Assembly (NCBI GenBank): GCA_045863855.1 | Contig: BTVV01000006.1 | Location: forward strand, 9,216-73,215 | Source of the DNA: Planctomycetota bacterium | Lineage (GTDB): Bacteria > Planctomycetota > SZUA-567 > H5-PLA8 | Direction: 5' to 3' | DNA: 64,000 nt | Shown: piece after piece, positions 9,999 to 19,407 of the stretch | Numbering within the stretch: the stretch's first letter is position 1 | Layout of the letters: each line of letters begins with the position of its first letter | Notes under the pieces: model-generated | Told to the model about the DNA's origin: nothing | The model's input: the letters and a program-made list of their open reading frames with translations, nothing else | Database searches by the model: none | Translations under genes and position numbers: made by a program

Positions 9999-10451
9999 TC
10001 AGGCGGCAGGCGGTCCACGGGGAACGGCGGGAAGAGCGGTAAGCTGCGCCTGCGGGGCAGGCTGTGGTGCGCGTGCGAACTCCGGCGGCGCGAGCGCCTG
10101 GACCGGAACCCAAGCGGCCCGCCGCGGCAGAAGGGCCGCGGTCGGCACATGAAAACCTTCGTCCAGCAGGCGGCGTTCGAAGAGCGGCGCGGACGGAGCC
10201 TCGGCCTCGCCGCTTAATCCGCGCTCGATCGTCGGATGCGAAGGCGTGCGCCGTTCGGCGCCGTTATCGGAAGAAGGCCCTGCAAGCCCCAGCACCACCT
10301 GCACCGCCGCGCGGCGATCCGAGCCGGCCGGGTGCTCGATGACGCGCACCAGTTGCGAGACGGGCGTCCACGCCGCCGTCAACAGCGCCAGCAACACGCC
10401 CGTCAGGACGGGCGCGCAGAAGGCCGCGGGGCGGGTGGTGCGACGATTCAC
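9999..10451 (-). CDS. Small hypothetical membrane protein (150 aa) inserted between yajC and secDF
   Basis: GTG start overlaps the yajC TGA by 4 nt (GTGA), suggesting translational coupling. It has one N-terminal TM (PAAFCAPVLTGVLLALLTAAW) and an Ala/Pro-rich tail. High GC means the ORF could be spurious. Confidence 0.3.
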   Translation of the reverse strand: MNRRTTRPAAFCAPVLTGVLLALLTAAWTPVSQLVRVIEHPAGSDRRAAVQVVLGLAGPSSDNGAERRTPSHPTIERGLSGEAEAPSAPLFERRLLDEGFHVPTAALLPRRAAWVPVQALAPPEFARAPQPAPQAQLTALPAVPRGPPAA

Positions 10452-10822
10452 TTCTTCTCGGCCTCGGACTTGTGCTTCTTCGTGACGCCTTCGATCGAAC
10501 TGCGCCGGAAGCGCAGCTTGACGTTCTGCTTCGGATCCACCTGCAAGACCACGTCGTCGGCGTCCAACTTCACGATGGTGCCGTGCAAACCCCCAATGGT
10601 TACGACTTCATCTTTTTCTTCGATGGTGTTCAGCAATTCCTGGCGCTCTTTGCGGCGCTTGCTTTCAGGCCGCATGATCAGGACGTAAAAGATCAGGAAG
10701 AACGGAACGATAATCGTCAGCAGCGGCCCCAGCGCTTCAAGCCCTCCGGGCTGCCCGCCGCCGCCACTGGACTGCGCCAGCACCGACCACGCCATCAGCA
10801 ATGCCTGACTCATCGTGCTCAA
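10448..10822 (-). CDS. yajC: Preprotein translocase subunit YajC
   Basis: 124 aa with a single TM (LLTIIVPFFLIFYVLIMRPESKRRKE) and a C-terminal KK-rich tail. It sits between tgt and secDF. Confidence 0.85.
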   Translation of the reverse strand: MSTMSQALLMAWSVLAQSSGGGGQPGGLEALGPLLTIIVPFFLIFYVLIMRPESKRRKERQELLNTIEEKDEVVTIGGLHGTIVKLDADDVVLQVDPKQNVKLRFRRSSIEGVTKKHKSEAEKK

Positions 10823-11964
10823 CTTTGCTCGTCTGGGCCGTCCGTCTCGTCCGCCGGCCGGCCGTAGGCCCGTTCGAACGAAGTACGAAACGCCGCGAAG
10901 CGTCCGGCCCGGATCGCATCGCGGCTCTGCGCCATTAAACCGAGATAGAACGACACGTTATGCAGCGAGGTCAAAATAGCCGCGTTCATCTCCCGGGCAA
11001 GGAACAAATGGCGCAGGTAAGCGCGCGAACAGGTCCGGCAGGCGTAGCAGGAGCAGTTTGGGTCCAGCGGCGCCGGATCGTCCGCGAAGCGCGCGTTGCG
11101 AAGCCGCAGTGTGCCCGCCGACGTAAAGGCCATCGCGTTCCGACCGTTACGCGTCGGCAGCGTGCAATCGAACATGTCCAACCCGCAGCTCACGGCGTGC
11201 AGGAGGTCCAAGGGCGTGCCCATGCCCATCAGGTAGCGCGGCTTATCGGCCGGCAAAAGCGGCGCGCTGAAGGCGATCCCCGCGTGCATCGATTCGGTTG
11301 CCTCGCCGACGCTGAAGCCGCCCAGCGCGAAACCCGCGAACGGGAGCCGGCACGTGCCTTCGGCGCTGCGGCTGCGCAGTTCCGGATCGGTCCCGCCTTG
11401 CACGATGCCAAATAGGTTCACGTCCGGCCGGTCGAGCCGCTCCTTCCTTACTATGGCGCGTTCGGCCCAGCGGATCGAACGGTCCACTGCGTCCACCAAT
11501 TCTACGCGCGGGCACGGCAATTCCTTTAGATGGTCCAGCGGCATGATGATGTCCGCACCCAGTGCGCACTCCAGATCGACGACGCTTTCCGGCGTGAACA
11601 TCCGCACCGCGCCGTCCACCGGACTGGCGAATTCCGCGCCGTCCTCGCTGATCTTTCGCAGACCCGGCAGGCTGAAGATCTGGAAACCGCCGCTGTCGGT
11701 AAGCATCGGGCCGTTCCAGCCGCTGAATTTCTGCAGGCCGCCTAGTTGTTCGACACGCTTCTCGCCCGGCCGCCAGGCCAAGTGCAAGGCGTTGCCCAGG
11801 ACGATCTGCGCGCCGGCTTCGCGAAGCTGCGCCGGAAGCAGGCCCTTTACCGCCGCCAGCGTGCCCACCGGCATGAACGCCGGCGTCTCGAAGACGCCGT
11901 GCGCCGTCGCGACCTCGCCCGCGCGAGCCGCGCCGTCGTGTGCAAGAAGCGTGAATCGAAGCAT
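10819..11964 (-). CDS. tgt: Queuine tRNA-ribosyltransferase (tRNA-guanine transglycosylase)
   Basis: Conserved N-terminus MLRFTLLAHDGAARAGEVATAHGVFETPAFMPVGT plus GGFQIFSL and LMGMGTPLDLL. The listed ORF extends to a TTG at 12072; ATG at 11964 is the conserved start. Confidence 0.88.
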   Translation of the reverse strand: MLRFTLLAHDGAARAGEVATAHGVFETPAFMPVGTLAAVKGLLPAQLREAGAQIVLGNALHLAWRPGEKRVEQLGGLQKFSGWNGPMLTDSGGFQIFSLPGLRKISEDGAEFASPVDGAVRMFTPESVVDLECALGADIIMPLDHLKELPCPRVELVDAVDRSIRWAERAIVRKERLDRPDVNLFGIVQGGTDPELRSRSAEGTCRLPFAGFALGGFSVGEATESMHAGIAFSAPLLPADKPRYLMGMGTPLDLLHAVSCGLDMFDCTLPTRNGRNAMAFTSAGTLRLRNARFADDPAPLDPNCSCYACRTCSRAYLRHLFLAREMNAAILTSLHNVSFYLGLMAQSRDAIRAGRFAAFRTSFERAYGRPADETDGPDEQS

Positions 11965-12105
11965 GAACGCAGTGTACTCGGATTTTGGAGGGATGCGCTC
12001 GCGCTTCAGGGTGCCAAGCGTGACTCGATCTCCTGCCTTATAGAGCCCCGCACCCTTATTAATTAGCTCCAATCCAAAATCCAGATTCCAGAATCCTAAA
12101 TCGAA

Positions 12106-12987
12106 TCACTCGTACCGGTACTTGCCCGGCGTAATGCGGCACGCGCGCTTAAACGCTTTGACGAAGTAGCCGGTGCTCGCATATCCACAGGCTTGCGCGA
12201 TGCGGTCCAGCGTCCAGTCGCTGCGCTTTAGCAGATTCCGGGCGTGTTCGATGCGGATGCCTTCGAGGGTCTTCTGAAACGACCGGCCGCCGGCTTGCCG
12301 GCACAGCGCCGCGAGGTAATTCGGGTGCAAGTCCAGCGCCCGAGCCGCCTCCGCCCGGCTGACGCCCGCATCGGCGTAACGCTGATGCAAAAACTCGATC
12401 AGGCGCCCCCACGTGTAGCGCGCTTTGCTCTGCGCGGCCTCGGGCCGGTCTTCGGCCAGATGGGTCCGCGCCAGGCGCAAGAGCGCGACGAACAAGTGGC
12501 GCTCGGTCTGCGGGTCTTCGTGGCGCTGCGAGAGATCGGCCAAGGCGTCCACCGTCTGAGCCCCGGCGCCGGAAAGCGGTTCGGCGGTGTGATAAAAATA
12601 CGGCGTTCCGCCGTGCAAGCGACCGGGTTCCGAGAGATCGCCCAGCAGGACACGCAAGAAACTGCGCCGGAAGACCAAGCCGAAGAATACGCACGGCCGG
12701 TCGTACGCCGGGATCGACCACGCGTGCGGCGCCCAGAAGAGCGCTTGGCCGGGCGCGAGCGTGAAGTCCATCCGCCTTCCCGCGCGGCTCAACGCATGGG
12801 ACTGCTGTCCGCGCAGCATGATCTTCAGCCGCGGATGTTCGTCGATCTTGAGCGCTTGGTCGCCGGCACGCACCGGGCAAGGCGCGGGACTGCCCAAGTA
12901 CAGCGTCGAAAAATCGAAACGCTCCAGCATCCCGTCCAGCACACCCAGGAAGTACGCTCGGTCGGTGCGGAGCGGATAAATGCGCAT
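12106..12987 (-). CDS. AraC-family transcriptional regulator (cupin-like N-terminal domain plus C-terminal HTH)
   Basis: C-terminal AraC HTH signature (HPNYLAALCRQAGGRSFQKTLEGIRIEHARNLL...GYASTGYFVKAFKR). Confidence 0.85.
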   Translation of the reverse strand: MRIYPLRTDRAYFLGVLDGMLERFDFSTLYLGSPAPCPVRAGDQALKIDEHPRLKIMLRGQQSHALSRAGRRMDFTLAPGQALFWAPHAWSIPAYDRPCVFFGLVFRRSFLRVLLGDLSEPGRLHGGTPYFYHTAEPLSGAGAQTVDALADLSQRHEDPQTERHLFVALLRLARTHLAEDRPEAAQSKARYTWGRLIEFLHQRYADAGVSRAEAARALDLHPNYLAALCRQAGGRSFQKTLEGIRIEHARNLLKRSDWTLDRIAQACGYASTGYFVKAFKRACRITPGKYRYE

Positions 12988-13091
12988 GAGCGTCGTGACC
13001 TTACAAAAGTGCTATTAAACGTACTTCCTTACCATGGCCAAGCTTTCTCGGCAACGGGTAGATTGTCCGCATCACGGAGATCGCGACGCCG

Positions 13092-13922
13092 ATGCACGAC
13101 CCGCAAACGAATTGGAAGGCAGCGTACCGCGAGCAAGGTTTCGCGGTGGTTCCGGGTCTGCTTCCTACGGCCGCGTTTGAACCGCTGTGCTCGGATATCG
13201 AAGCCGCGGTCGAGCGCCATGCGCAGGAGCTGTTCCAAGAGGGGAAAGTAGCGGATATCTGCGCGCGTGAACCCTACGACCGCCGGCTGGCCAAGCTCTA
13301 TACTGGACGTGACATGGGCGTGCGCATGTGGGACCAGGCCTTGCGTTCGTCTACGCTGCAGGACTTCGCCTCCCAACCGGCCCTCGCGGGGGTCTTGGCC
13401 GAACTGCTGGGCCCGGAGGTCTGCTTCAGCGGCGATTTTCACCTGCGCCCCAAGCTGCCCGAAAGTAGTCTTACGTCTTTTCCATGGCACCAGGACAGCC
13501 AGTACTACGGACCGCTCACGCGGCACATGGCGATCGTCACCGCCTGGGTGCCGCTGGTCGATGTGGACGAGTCCAACGGCTGTCTGTGGGTCATCCCCGG
13601 GAGCCAGCGCTGGGGCCTCCTCGACGGCGCGCGTGGAAGCGACCAGAACATCCGCACCTTCGAAGATGTCGAGCGGCGCGGCCGGGCGGTTCCGGTGCCG
13701 ATGAAGCGCGGCGACGTGCTCTTCTTCGGCAACCTCACGTTCCATGCGAGCAAACTCAACCGTACCGACCGCGTGCGCTGGAGCCTCGATCTGCGTTACT
13801 ACGAGCGGGCCGAAGCGCGCCCGCGCGAGCCGCTCGAGACCGAGGCGTACGCCTACTTCACCGGAAAACTGCGCGCCGCCGGAAGAGAACCGATGCCCGT
13901 GCGCCAGCCCGCACTGTCTTGA
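13092..13922 (+). CDS. Phytanoyl-CoA dioxygenase (PhyH) family Fe(II)/2-oxoglutarate oxygenase
   Basis: PWHQDSQYYGP ... VWVPLVDVDESNGCLWVIPGSQRWG ... LTFHASKLNRTDRVRWS. Confidence 0.75.
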   Translation: MHDPQTNWKAAYREQGFAVVPGLLPTAAFEPLCSDIEAAVERHAQELFQEGKVADICAREPYDRRLAKLYTGRDMGVRMWDQALRSSTLQDFASQPALAGVLAELLGPEVCFSGDFHLRPKLPESSLTSFPWHQDSQYYGPLTRHMAIVTAWVPLVDVDESNGCLWVIPGSQRWGLLDGARGSDQNIRTFEDVERRGRAVPVPMKRGDVLFFGNLTFHASKLNRTDRVRWSLDLRYYERAEARPREPLETEAYAYFTGKLRAAGREPMPVRQPALS

Positions 13923-13942
13923 AAGCCTTGGGAGCCCGAACC

Positions 13943-15376
13943 ATGGATCGCCCCAGTCGAACCTTCGTGCGCACCGTTCCCGTCCTGGATCGATACGACT
14001 TGGTCGTCTGCGGCGGCGGCCCCAGCGGCATTCCGGCCGCGCTGGCAGCCTCACGCGAGGGACTCAAGGTTCTGCTTGTCGAACAGACCGGCCAGCTTGG
14101 TGGCGTCGGGACCAGCGCCGGGGTCAGCCATCTGCTCGGCGGACGCCTCCCCGATAACTCAGGCTGGTGTGTTGCCGGCATCTTCAAGGAGTTGGTCGAG
14201 GGGCTCGCCGCGCGCGGCGGCGCCATCGATCCGCGCACGATCCGCGGCGAACGATTCAGTCCCTTCGGGTGGACAGGGAAGGTATCGAGCATCACCTACG
14301 GCGTGCCGTTCGATCCCATCGCCATGGCCGCCTACCTCGACGAGCGGATGCTGGAGGCCGGCGTCGACGTGCTTTATTTCACTGCCTTCGTCGATGTGGA
14401 GCGGGATGCCGCGGGCCAGCGCGTCGAGCGCGTGGTGCTCTTCAACAAGAGCGGGCTTCACGCGTACGCCTGCGCGGCCGTGGTCGACGCCACCGGCGAC
14501 GCGGATGTCGCCGCGCGCGCCGGTTGTCCGGTGGTCAAAGGACGTCCCGAAGACGGCCTGATGACGCCCGCCACGCTGATGTTCCACGTCGACCGTGTCG
14601 ATCAGGACACGCTGGCCGGCGAAATCTACCGCACCGGCTCCAACCGTTTTCGCGAATTGATCGCCAACCTTCGCGCACTGGGCGAATGGGACTTCCCGTA
14701 CGAGATCTTCATCACCGTCCAGCTTCACGAAAAAGGCACGCTGATGGTCAACACCACGCGCATCTGCGACGTCGACGGTACCGACGGCCGCTCGCTCTCG
14801 CGCGGCATGATGCAGGGCCGCCGCGAGGTCCAGCGCCTCTTCGCACTGATGCGCAAGCACTTTCCAGGTTTTGCGGACGCGCGGATCAAACTTGTCGCGC
14901 CTGTGCTGGGCGTGCGCGAGACGCGCCGCATCGTCGGAAACTACGTCTACTCCGTCGCCGACGTGCTGGCCGCGCGCGACTTCGAAGACACCATCGGCTT
15001 CAGCGGCTACCCGTGGGATCTTCCCGATCCCCAACGTCCCAGCCACCAGCCGCTGCACGAACGCAAGGTCGGGCTCCCGCGCCCCGCCACGCCGATTCCG
15101 TATCGTGTGCTCGTGCCGCGCGGCGTCGCGAACGTGATCTGCCCCGGCCGTGCGATTTCCGTCGAGCGTGACGTGCTGGGGCCCTTGCGCGAAATGGGCC
15201 CGTGCTATGCCATGGGGCACGCCGCGGGTCTGGCATCCGTTCCGGTTGCGCGCGAGGGCGTGGCCTATGCGGAGGTGAATGTAGAAGCCCTGAAGATTCG
15301 CCTGCGCGCCGATGGTGCGGCGGTCGATGCGCCCATTCACGACCCCGGGATCGGCTTGGTCGCGACAATCGTGTGA
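13943..15376 (+). CDS. FAD-dependent oxidoreductase (PVC-type FAD_oxidored family)
   Basis: Rossmann dinucleotide motif DLVVCGGGPSGIPAALAASREGLKVLLVEQTGQLGG right after ATG 13943. The track ORF 13484.. is an upstream over-extension overlapping the PhyH gene. Confidence 0.75.
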   Translation: MDRPSRTFVRTVPVLDRYDLVVCGGGPSGIPAALAASREGLKVLLVEQTGQLGGVGTSAGVSHLLGGRLPDNSGWCVAGIFKELVEGLAARGGAIDPRTIRGERFSPFGWTGKVSSITYGVPFDPIAMAAYLDERMLEAGVDVLYFTAFVDVERDAAGQRVERVVLFNKSGLHAYACAAVVDATGDADVAARAGCPVVKGRPEDGLMTPATLMFHVDRVDQDTLAGEIYRTGSNRFRELIANLRALGEWDFPYEIFITVQLHEKGTLMVNTTRICDVDGTDGRSLSRGMMQGRREVQRLFALMRKHFPGFADARIKLVAPVLGVRETRRIVGNYVYSVADVLAARDFEDTIGFSGYPWDLPDPQRPSHQPLHERKVGLPRPATPIPYRVLVPRGVANVICPGRAISVERDVLGPLREMGPCYAMGHAAGLASVPVAREGVAYAEVNVEALKIRLRADGAAVDAPIHDPGIGLVATIV

Positions 15377-15409
15377 ACCCTTCCATTCAACGCTAAGGAA
15401 ACTCTAACC

Positions 15410-16696
15410 ATGCCTGCATGGACTGCCGAACCCCTGCACGATCGAATCGTCATTCGCGGACTGGCTTTTTCCGCCACGCTTCCGCCGCTCGGATTCCAAA
15501 CCGACGCAGCGCTCGGACTGGTCCGTCCTTCCGCGATGTGCGGAAAGGTGCTGCATACGAACGAGCACGGCGGGCTTTTCGAGACGCGCGCGACGATAAC
15601 GCCTTCTGGCGACTACCTGCTCATGTTTCCGGATTCGCTTCCAAACACGAACGACAAGTACAACGGCCACTACGGCGGGAAAAAGGAGCTGACCAACCGG
15701 CTCGTGGCCTTTCGTTCGAAAGACGGCGGCGAGACCTGGAGCGGCCCCACGGTCCCGTTCGAGATCGACTACAACCAGCACGGCTTCATCCCGCTGATTC
15801 CGCGCGGCTCCAAGCGCATCTACGGCTTCGGCACCCAGCCGATTTGGAACGAGTTCAGCACCGAACGCGGGCAGGGCGAGAACGCGCCCATAGGATTTCG
15901 CTACAGCGACGACGACGGGTACACGTGGTCCGATGTCACGCTGATCCGCCCCGTCAACGATCCGGGCTTCAAAGGCATGTCGGTGATGCGGATGTGCGAA
16001 ACGGCTTCCGGCGCGTGGTTGCTGGGCGCGCACGAAGGCGATTGGTCCTACAAGCCGCTGATGACCCGCCAGTACATCCTGCGCAGTGAAGACCAAGGCC
16101 AGACCTGGCACGTGCTGCCCCACGCGCGCCACGGCGGCTGGTGCGTCCCGCAATTCAACCGCATGGACGAAGGCCGACCGATCGACCTCGGCGAGGGCCG
16201 CGCGTTCTGCATGATCCGAACCTGCGAAGGTCATTTGTGGGGCGCCTGGAGCGACGACAACGGCAAAAGCTGGACCGCACCCAAGCCCACGCCGCTCGTG
16301 CATCCCGACGCGCCACCGATGCTTTTCCATCTCAGCGACGGGAAAACGCTCGCCGCCTTCCACCATAACGAGCACGCCGATCTGAATTACCAGGGCCTCG
16401 ACGGCCGTAACGAATGCCAGAGTCCGCGGCGGCAAGTCTGGGTCAGCTTTTCAAGCGACGGCGCTCGTACCTGGAGCGAGCCGCGCTTCGTGCTCGCGAA
16501 CGCGCTGGCCCCGCGTCACAACAACGCCTGGATGGACCACCAGTGCTCGTACCTCGATGCCTTTGCCGATCGCGGCGAGTTGCACCTCTTCATGCCGCAC
16601 CGCTGGCATCGCGCGCTCCACCTGCGCATCGCCGAAAAAGAACTCCTGGCGCTGCCCACGGCGAAAGAGCTCTCGCGTTTGAACTCTGAGTCCTGA
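15410..16696 (+). CDS. BNR/Asp-box repeat glycoside hydrolase (exo-alpha-sialidase-like beta-propeller)
   Basis: Five Asp-box motifs (SKDGGETWS, SDDDGYTWS, SEDQGQTW, SDDNGKSWT, SSDGARTWS). No obvious signal peptide. Confidence 0.75.
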   Translation: MPAWTAEPLHDRIVIRGLAFSATLPPLGFQTDAALGLVRPSAMCGKVLHTNEHGGLFETRATITPSGDYLLMFPDSLPNTNDKYNGHYGGKKELTNRLVAFRSKDGGETWSGPTVPFEIDYNQHGFIPLIPRGSKRIYGFGTQPIWNEFSTERGQGENAPIGFRYSDDDGYTWSDVTLIRPVNDPGFKGMSVMRMCETASGAWLLGAHEGDWSYKPLMTRQYILRSEDQGQTWHVLPHARHGGWCVPQFNRMDEGRPIDLGEGRAFCMIRTCEGHLWGAWSDDNGKSWTAPKPTPLVHPDAPPMLFHLSDGKTLAAFHHNEHADLNYQGLDGRNECQSPRRQVWVSFSSDGARTWSEPRFVLANALAPRHNNAWMDHQCSYLDAFADRGELHLFMPHRWHRALHLRIAEKELLALPTAKELSRLNSES

Positions 16697-16702
16697 AAAG
16701 GA

Positions 16703-17464
16703 ATGCGCATGAACGAACCGAAGCTGCCCCATGCGGATGTCTTGCAACTCGCGCGCTGGAATACGCCGACGATTTTCAACGGCTGGGAGCAGATCACCCA
16801 ACGCAACGCCGCGCGTGAAGGCTTCAACCTCGAAGAGGTCCGCGATTACATGCCGCAGATGGGGCCCATGGCGGGCTGGGCCGTCACGGTGGTCGTCGAA
16901 CCCGGCAACCCCAAGCATCCGAAGACGAATCCGCACGCGTGGTCGCAGTACCGCGCGTACGTGGCCGGCCTTCCGGGTCCCAAGATCGTGGTCGTGCAGG
17001 ACCTCGACAAACCCGCGCTGTACGGAGCCTTTTGGGGCGAAGTGAACAGCAGCATGCATCGCGCACTTGGCTGCGTCGGCACGATCATCGACGGCGGCAT
17101 TCGCGACGTCGACGAGATGACCCAATCGGGCTTCAAAGCGCTCGCGCGGCGTCTCTGCGTCGGGCACGCCTTTTCGACGCCCGTGCGCTGGGGCTGCGAG
17201 GTCGAGGTCTTCGGCCGAACGATCCAGCCCGGCCAATTCATCCACGCCGACAAGCACGGCTTCCTGGCCGTCCCCGACGCAGACCTGCCCGGTCTGCTCG
17301 ACGCCGCGCGCTTTATGGACGCGAACGAATGCGAGACCGTGATCCCGGCCGCCAAAGGAAGCGCCGGAAAGGCCGCGCCGGAAATCTGTGCGGTGCTGGA
17401 CGCCGCGGGCGCCGAGTTCGGCCGCCGAGCCAAGGCCAAATTCGGACGCAAAGGCGAATGGTAA
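16703..17464 (+). CDS. RraA-family protein (RraA/4-hydroxy-4-methyl-2-oxoglutarate aldolase-like)
   Basis: RraA-like core ...ALYGAFWGEVNSSMHRALGCVGTIIDGGIRDVDE... Confidence 0.6.
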   Translation: MRMNEPKLPHADVLQLARWNTPTIFNGWEQITQRNAAREGFNLEEVRDYMPQMGPMAGWAVTVVVEPGNPKHPKTNPHAWSQYRAYVAGLPGPKIVVVQDLDKPALYGAFWGEVNSSMHRALGCVGTIIDGGIRDVDEMTQSGFKALARRLCVGHAFSTPVRWGCEVEVFGRTIQPGQFIHADKHGFLAVPDADLPGLLDAARFMDANECETVIPAAKGSAGKAAPEICAVLDAAGAEFGRRAKAKFGRKGEW

Positions 17465-17511
17465 ACGCGCCGACTCGTGCGGCGCCCGCTTCGAAGACTG
17501 AGCGCGCGTGA

Positions 17512-18339
17512 CTATTCGCCGCCCATTTCCGAGGTATCGTCCCGCGGCCCTGCCTCTGCCGGCTCCGCAGGCGCCGGATGTACGAGGAAGTCGTCGGCAT
17601 ACGCGAAGCCGGTCCTCGGTTGCGCTTCCCAGAAGATCGTGGCGCTCCGATTTTCCGGACCGGTGGTGAACACCAGTTCTACTTCACGGTACTCGCGCGC
17701 TTCGGTCTTCAGGCGCATGGTCTCGCCGCCGAAATCTTCGACGCCAAGTTCGGACTCGCCTTCGTCGCATTGCAAGTACGCGCGCAGCCGGTAGGCCGTG
17801 TTGGGCGCCAGTTCGGCGATTTTTTGCTGCAGCCGAGCGCCGCCCGCGCCGATGCGCGCGGCGAACGAACCGCTGAACGGGCGTTCCCGCGCCAGCGTGA
17901 CGCTGCCGCGGGCGCGCCATGGCCCCAGCGGTTGGGACTCGAAGCCTGGATTGAGCGCCAAGTTGGCCGGACGGCGCGCATCCGTTCCCGGTAAGGTCTT
18001 GGGCTTGGAAACGGGCCGAATCTCGTCGCCCGTCAGCTTGATCGCCGGGTGCAGCAGGATCAGCAGTCCCAGCGTGAACAGCATCGAGCCCAGCGCGAAG
18101 AATATGAAGACGCTCAACCGCGAGCCGATACGAGGCAGCTCGGCATTGGGGTCGCTGTCGCGTGCGGCGCGGTTACGGGAGGAACTCGCGGGAGACGATG
18201 CCATGGGTTGCGATCGGGCGCGGACGTCCTTTCTTTCTCTCCCTAGCGGGACGCCGAGCATACCCCCGGCCTTCGATCTGCCAAGGAGCGGGGGCTGAAC
18301 TTCCGGCGTACCGGACTTGTTGGGCATCCGCAGTTGCAA
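17512..18339 (-). CDS. Membrane-anchored protein with a CBM4/9-like carbohydrate-binding domain
   Basis: One TM (LSVFIFFALGSMLFTLGLLILL), then a beta-sandwich with an NPGFE motif. The start is uncertain (alternative ATG at 18204). Confidence 0.5.
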   Translation of the reverse strand: MQLRMPNKSGTPEVQPPLLGRSKAGGMLGVPLGRERKDVRARSQPMASSPASSSRNRAARDSDPNAELPRIGSRLSVFIFFALGSMLFTLGLLILLHPAIKLTGDEIRPVSKPKTLPGTDARRPANLALNPGFESQPLGPWRARGSVTLARERPFSGSFAARIGAGGARLQQKIAELAPNTAYRLRAYLQCDEGESELGVEDFGGETMRLKTEAREYREVELVFTTGPENRSATIFWEAQPRTGFAYADDFLVHPAPAEPAEAGPRDDTSEMGGE

Positions 18340-18393
18340 GCGGGGCGCGCTTGCTACAGGCTTTTAAGACCCCCTTACGAAGGAGCGCAGCGA

Positions 18394-19358
18394 TGGAATA
18401 CGGCCGTGTCCCGGGCATCGAGCAGCCCGTCTCCCGCCTCGTGCTCGGCACCATGATCGTCAACTCCGACGATACCGAACGCAGCTTCGCGCTTCTCGAC
18501 GCCTTCGCCGCAGCCGGCGGGAACACGCTCGACAGCGCGCACATATACGGCGGAGGCAAGAGCGAGCGCGGCATCGGCGCGTGGATGGAAGCGCGGGGCA
18601 ACCGGGACAAGGTGCTGGTCATCTCGAAGTGCTCGCACCCCAATGGCGACCGCAAGCGCGTCACGCCGTACGATATCGCCAGCGACCTCCACGATTCGCT
18701 CGCGCGCCTGCGCACCACCTACATCGACTTGTACTTCCTGCATCGCGACGATCCCCAACTGCCCGTCGGACCCATCGTCGAAGCGCTCAACGAACACAAG
18801 ACCGCCGGGAAGATCCGCGCGTTCGGCGGGAGCAACTGGACCCACGAGCGCCTCGCAGAAGCCAACGAGTACGCGTACAAGAAGAGCCTCACCCCGTTCA
18901 CGCTTTCCAGCCCCAACTTCTCGCTGGCCGATCAGGTCAAAAGCCCTTGGGGTCCGGACTGCGTCACCATCAGCGGTCCGCGCAACGACGCGGCGCGGAA
19001 ATGGTACGCCGAACAGAAGATGCCGGTCTTCGCGTGGTCCAGCCTTGCCCGCGGCTTTTTTAGCGGGCGCCTGAACCGCGAGAACCATAAGGAAGCGGCG
19101 CTCGATCCCAGTGTCGTGCACGCTTACTGTTACGAAGAAAATTTCAAGCGCCTCGACCGCGCCGCCGAACTCGCCAAGGAAAAGAACGCCACAGTCCCGC
19201 GCATCGCGCTCGCTTGGGTGCTTGCGCAGCCTATCGAGATCTACGCGCTGATCGGCGCCGCCAACCAGCAGGAGATCGACGAGAACCTTAAGGCGCAGAG
19301 TTTGAAGCTCACGCCCGCCGAACGCGATTGGCTGGACTTGCGCAGCGAAACGCGCTGA
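18394..19358 (+). CDS. Aldo/keto reductase family oxidoreductase
   Basis: MEYGRVPGIEQPVSRLVLGTM...LDSAHIYGGGKSERGIGAW... is a typical AKR N-terminus. The track ORF start at 18162 is an over-extension. Confidence 0.85.
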
Positions 19359-19407
19359 GCGCCACGGCTGTTCGAACGGCCGCCGTGCTTCGTCCGGAGG
19401 ACGACCG

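Noticed and set aside
13484-13942. N-terminal 150-aa extension of the FAD oxidoreductase ORF (track start 13484)
   Set aside because: It overlaps the PhyH gene in another frame. The conserved Rossmann motif begins right after ATG 13943. Similar over-extensions were trimmed for tgt (12072 to 11964), the AKR (18162 to 18394), the macro domain (50674 to 51253), lysA (56650 to 56710), Kelch paralog 2 (32927 to 32828) and the permease (28753 to 28477).
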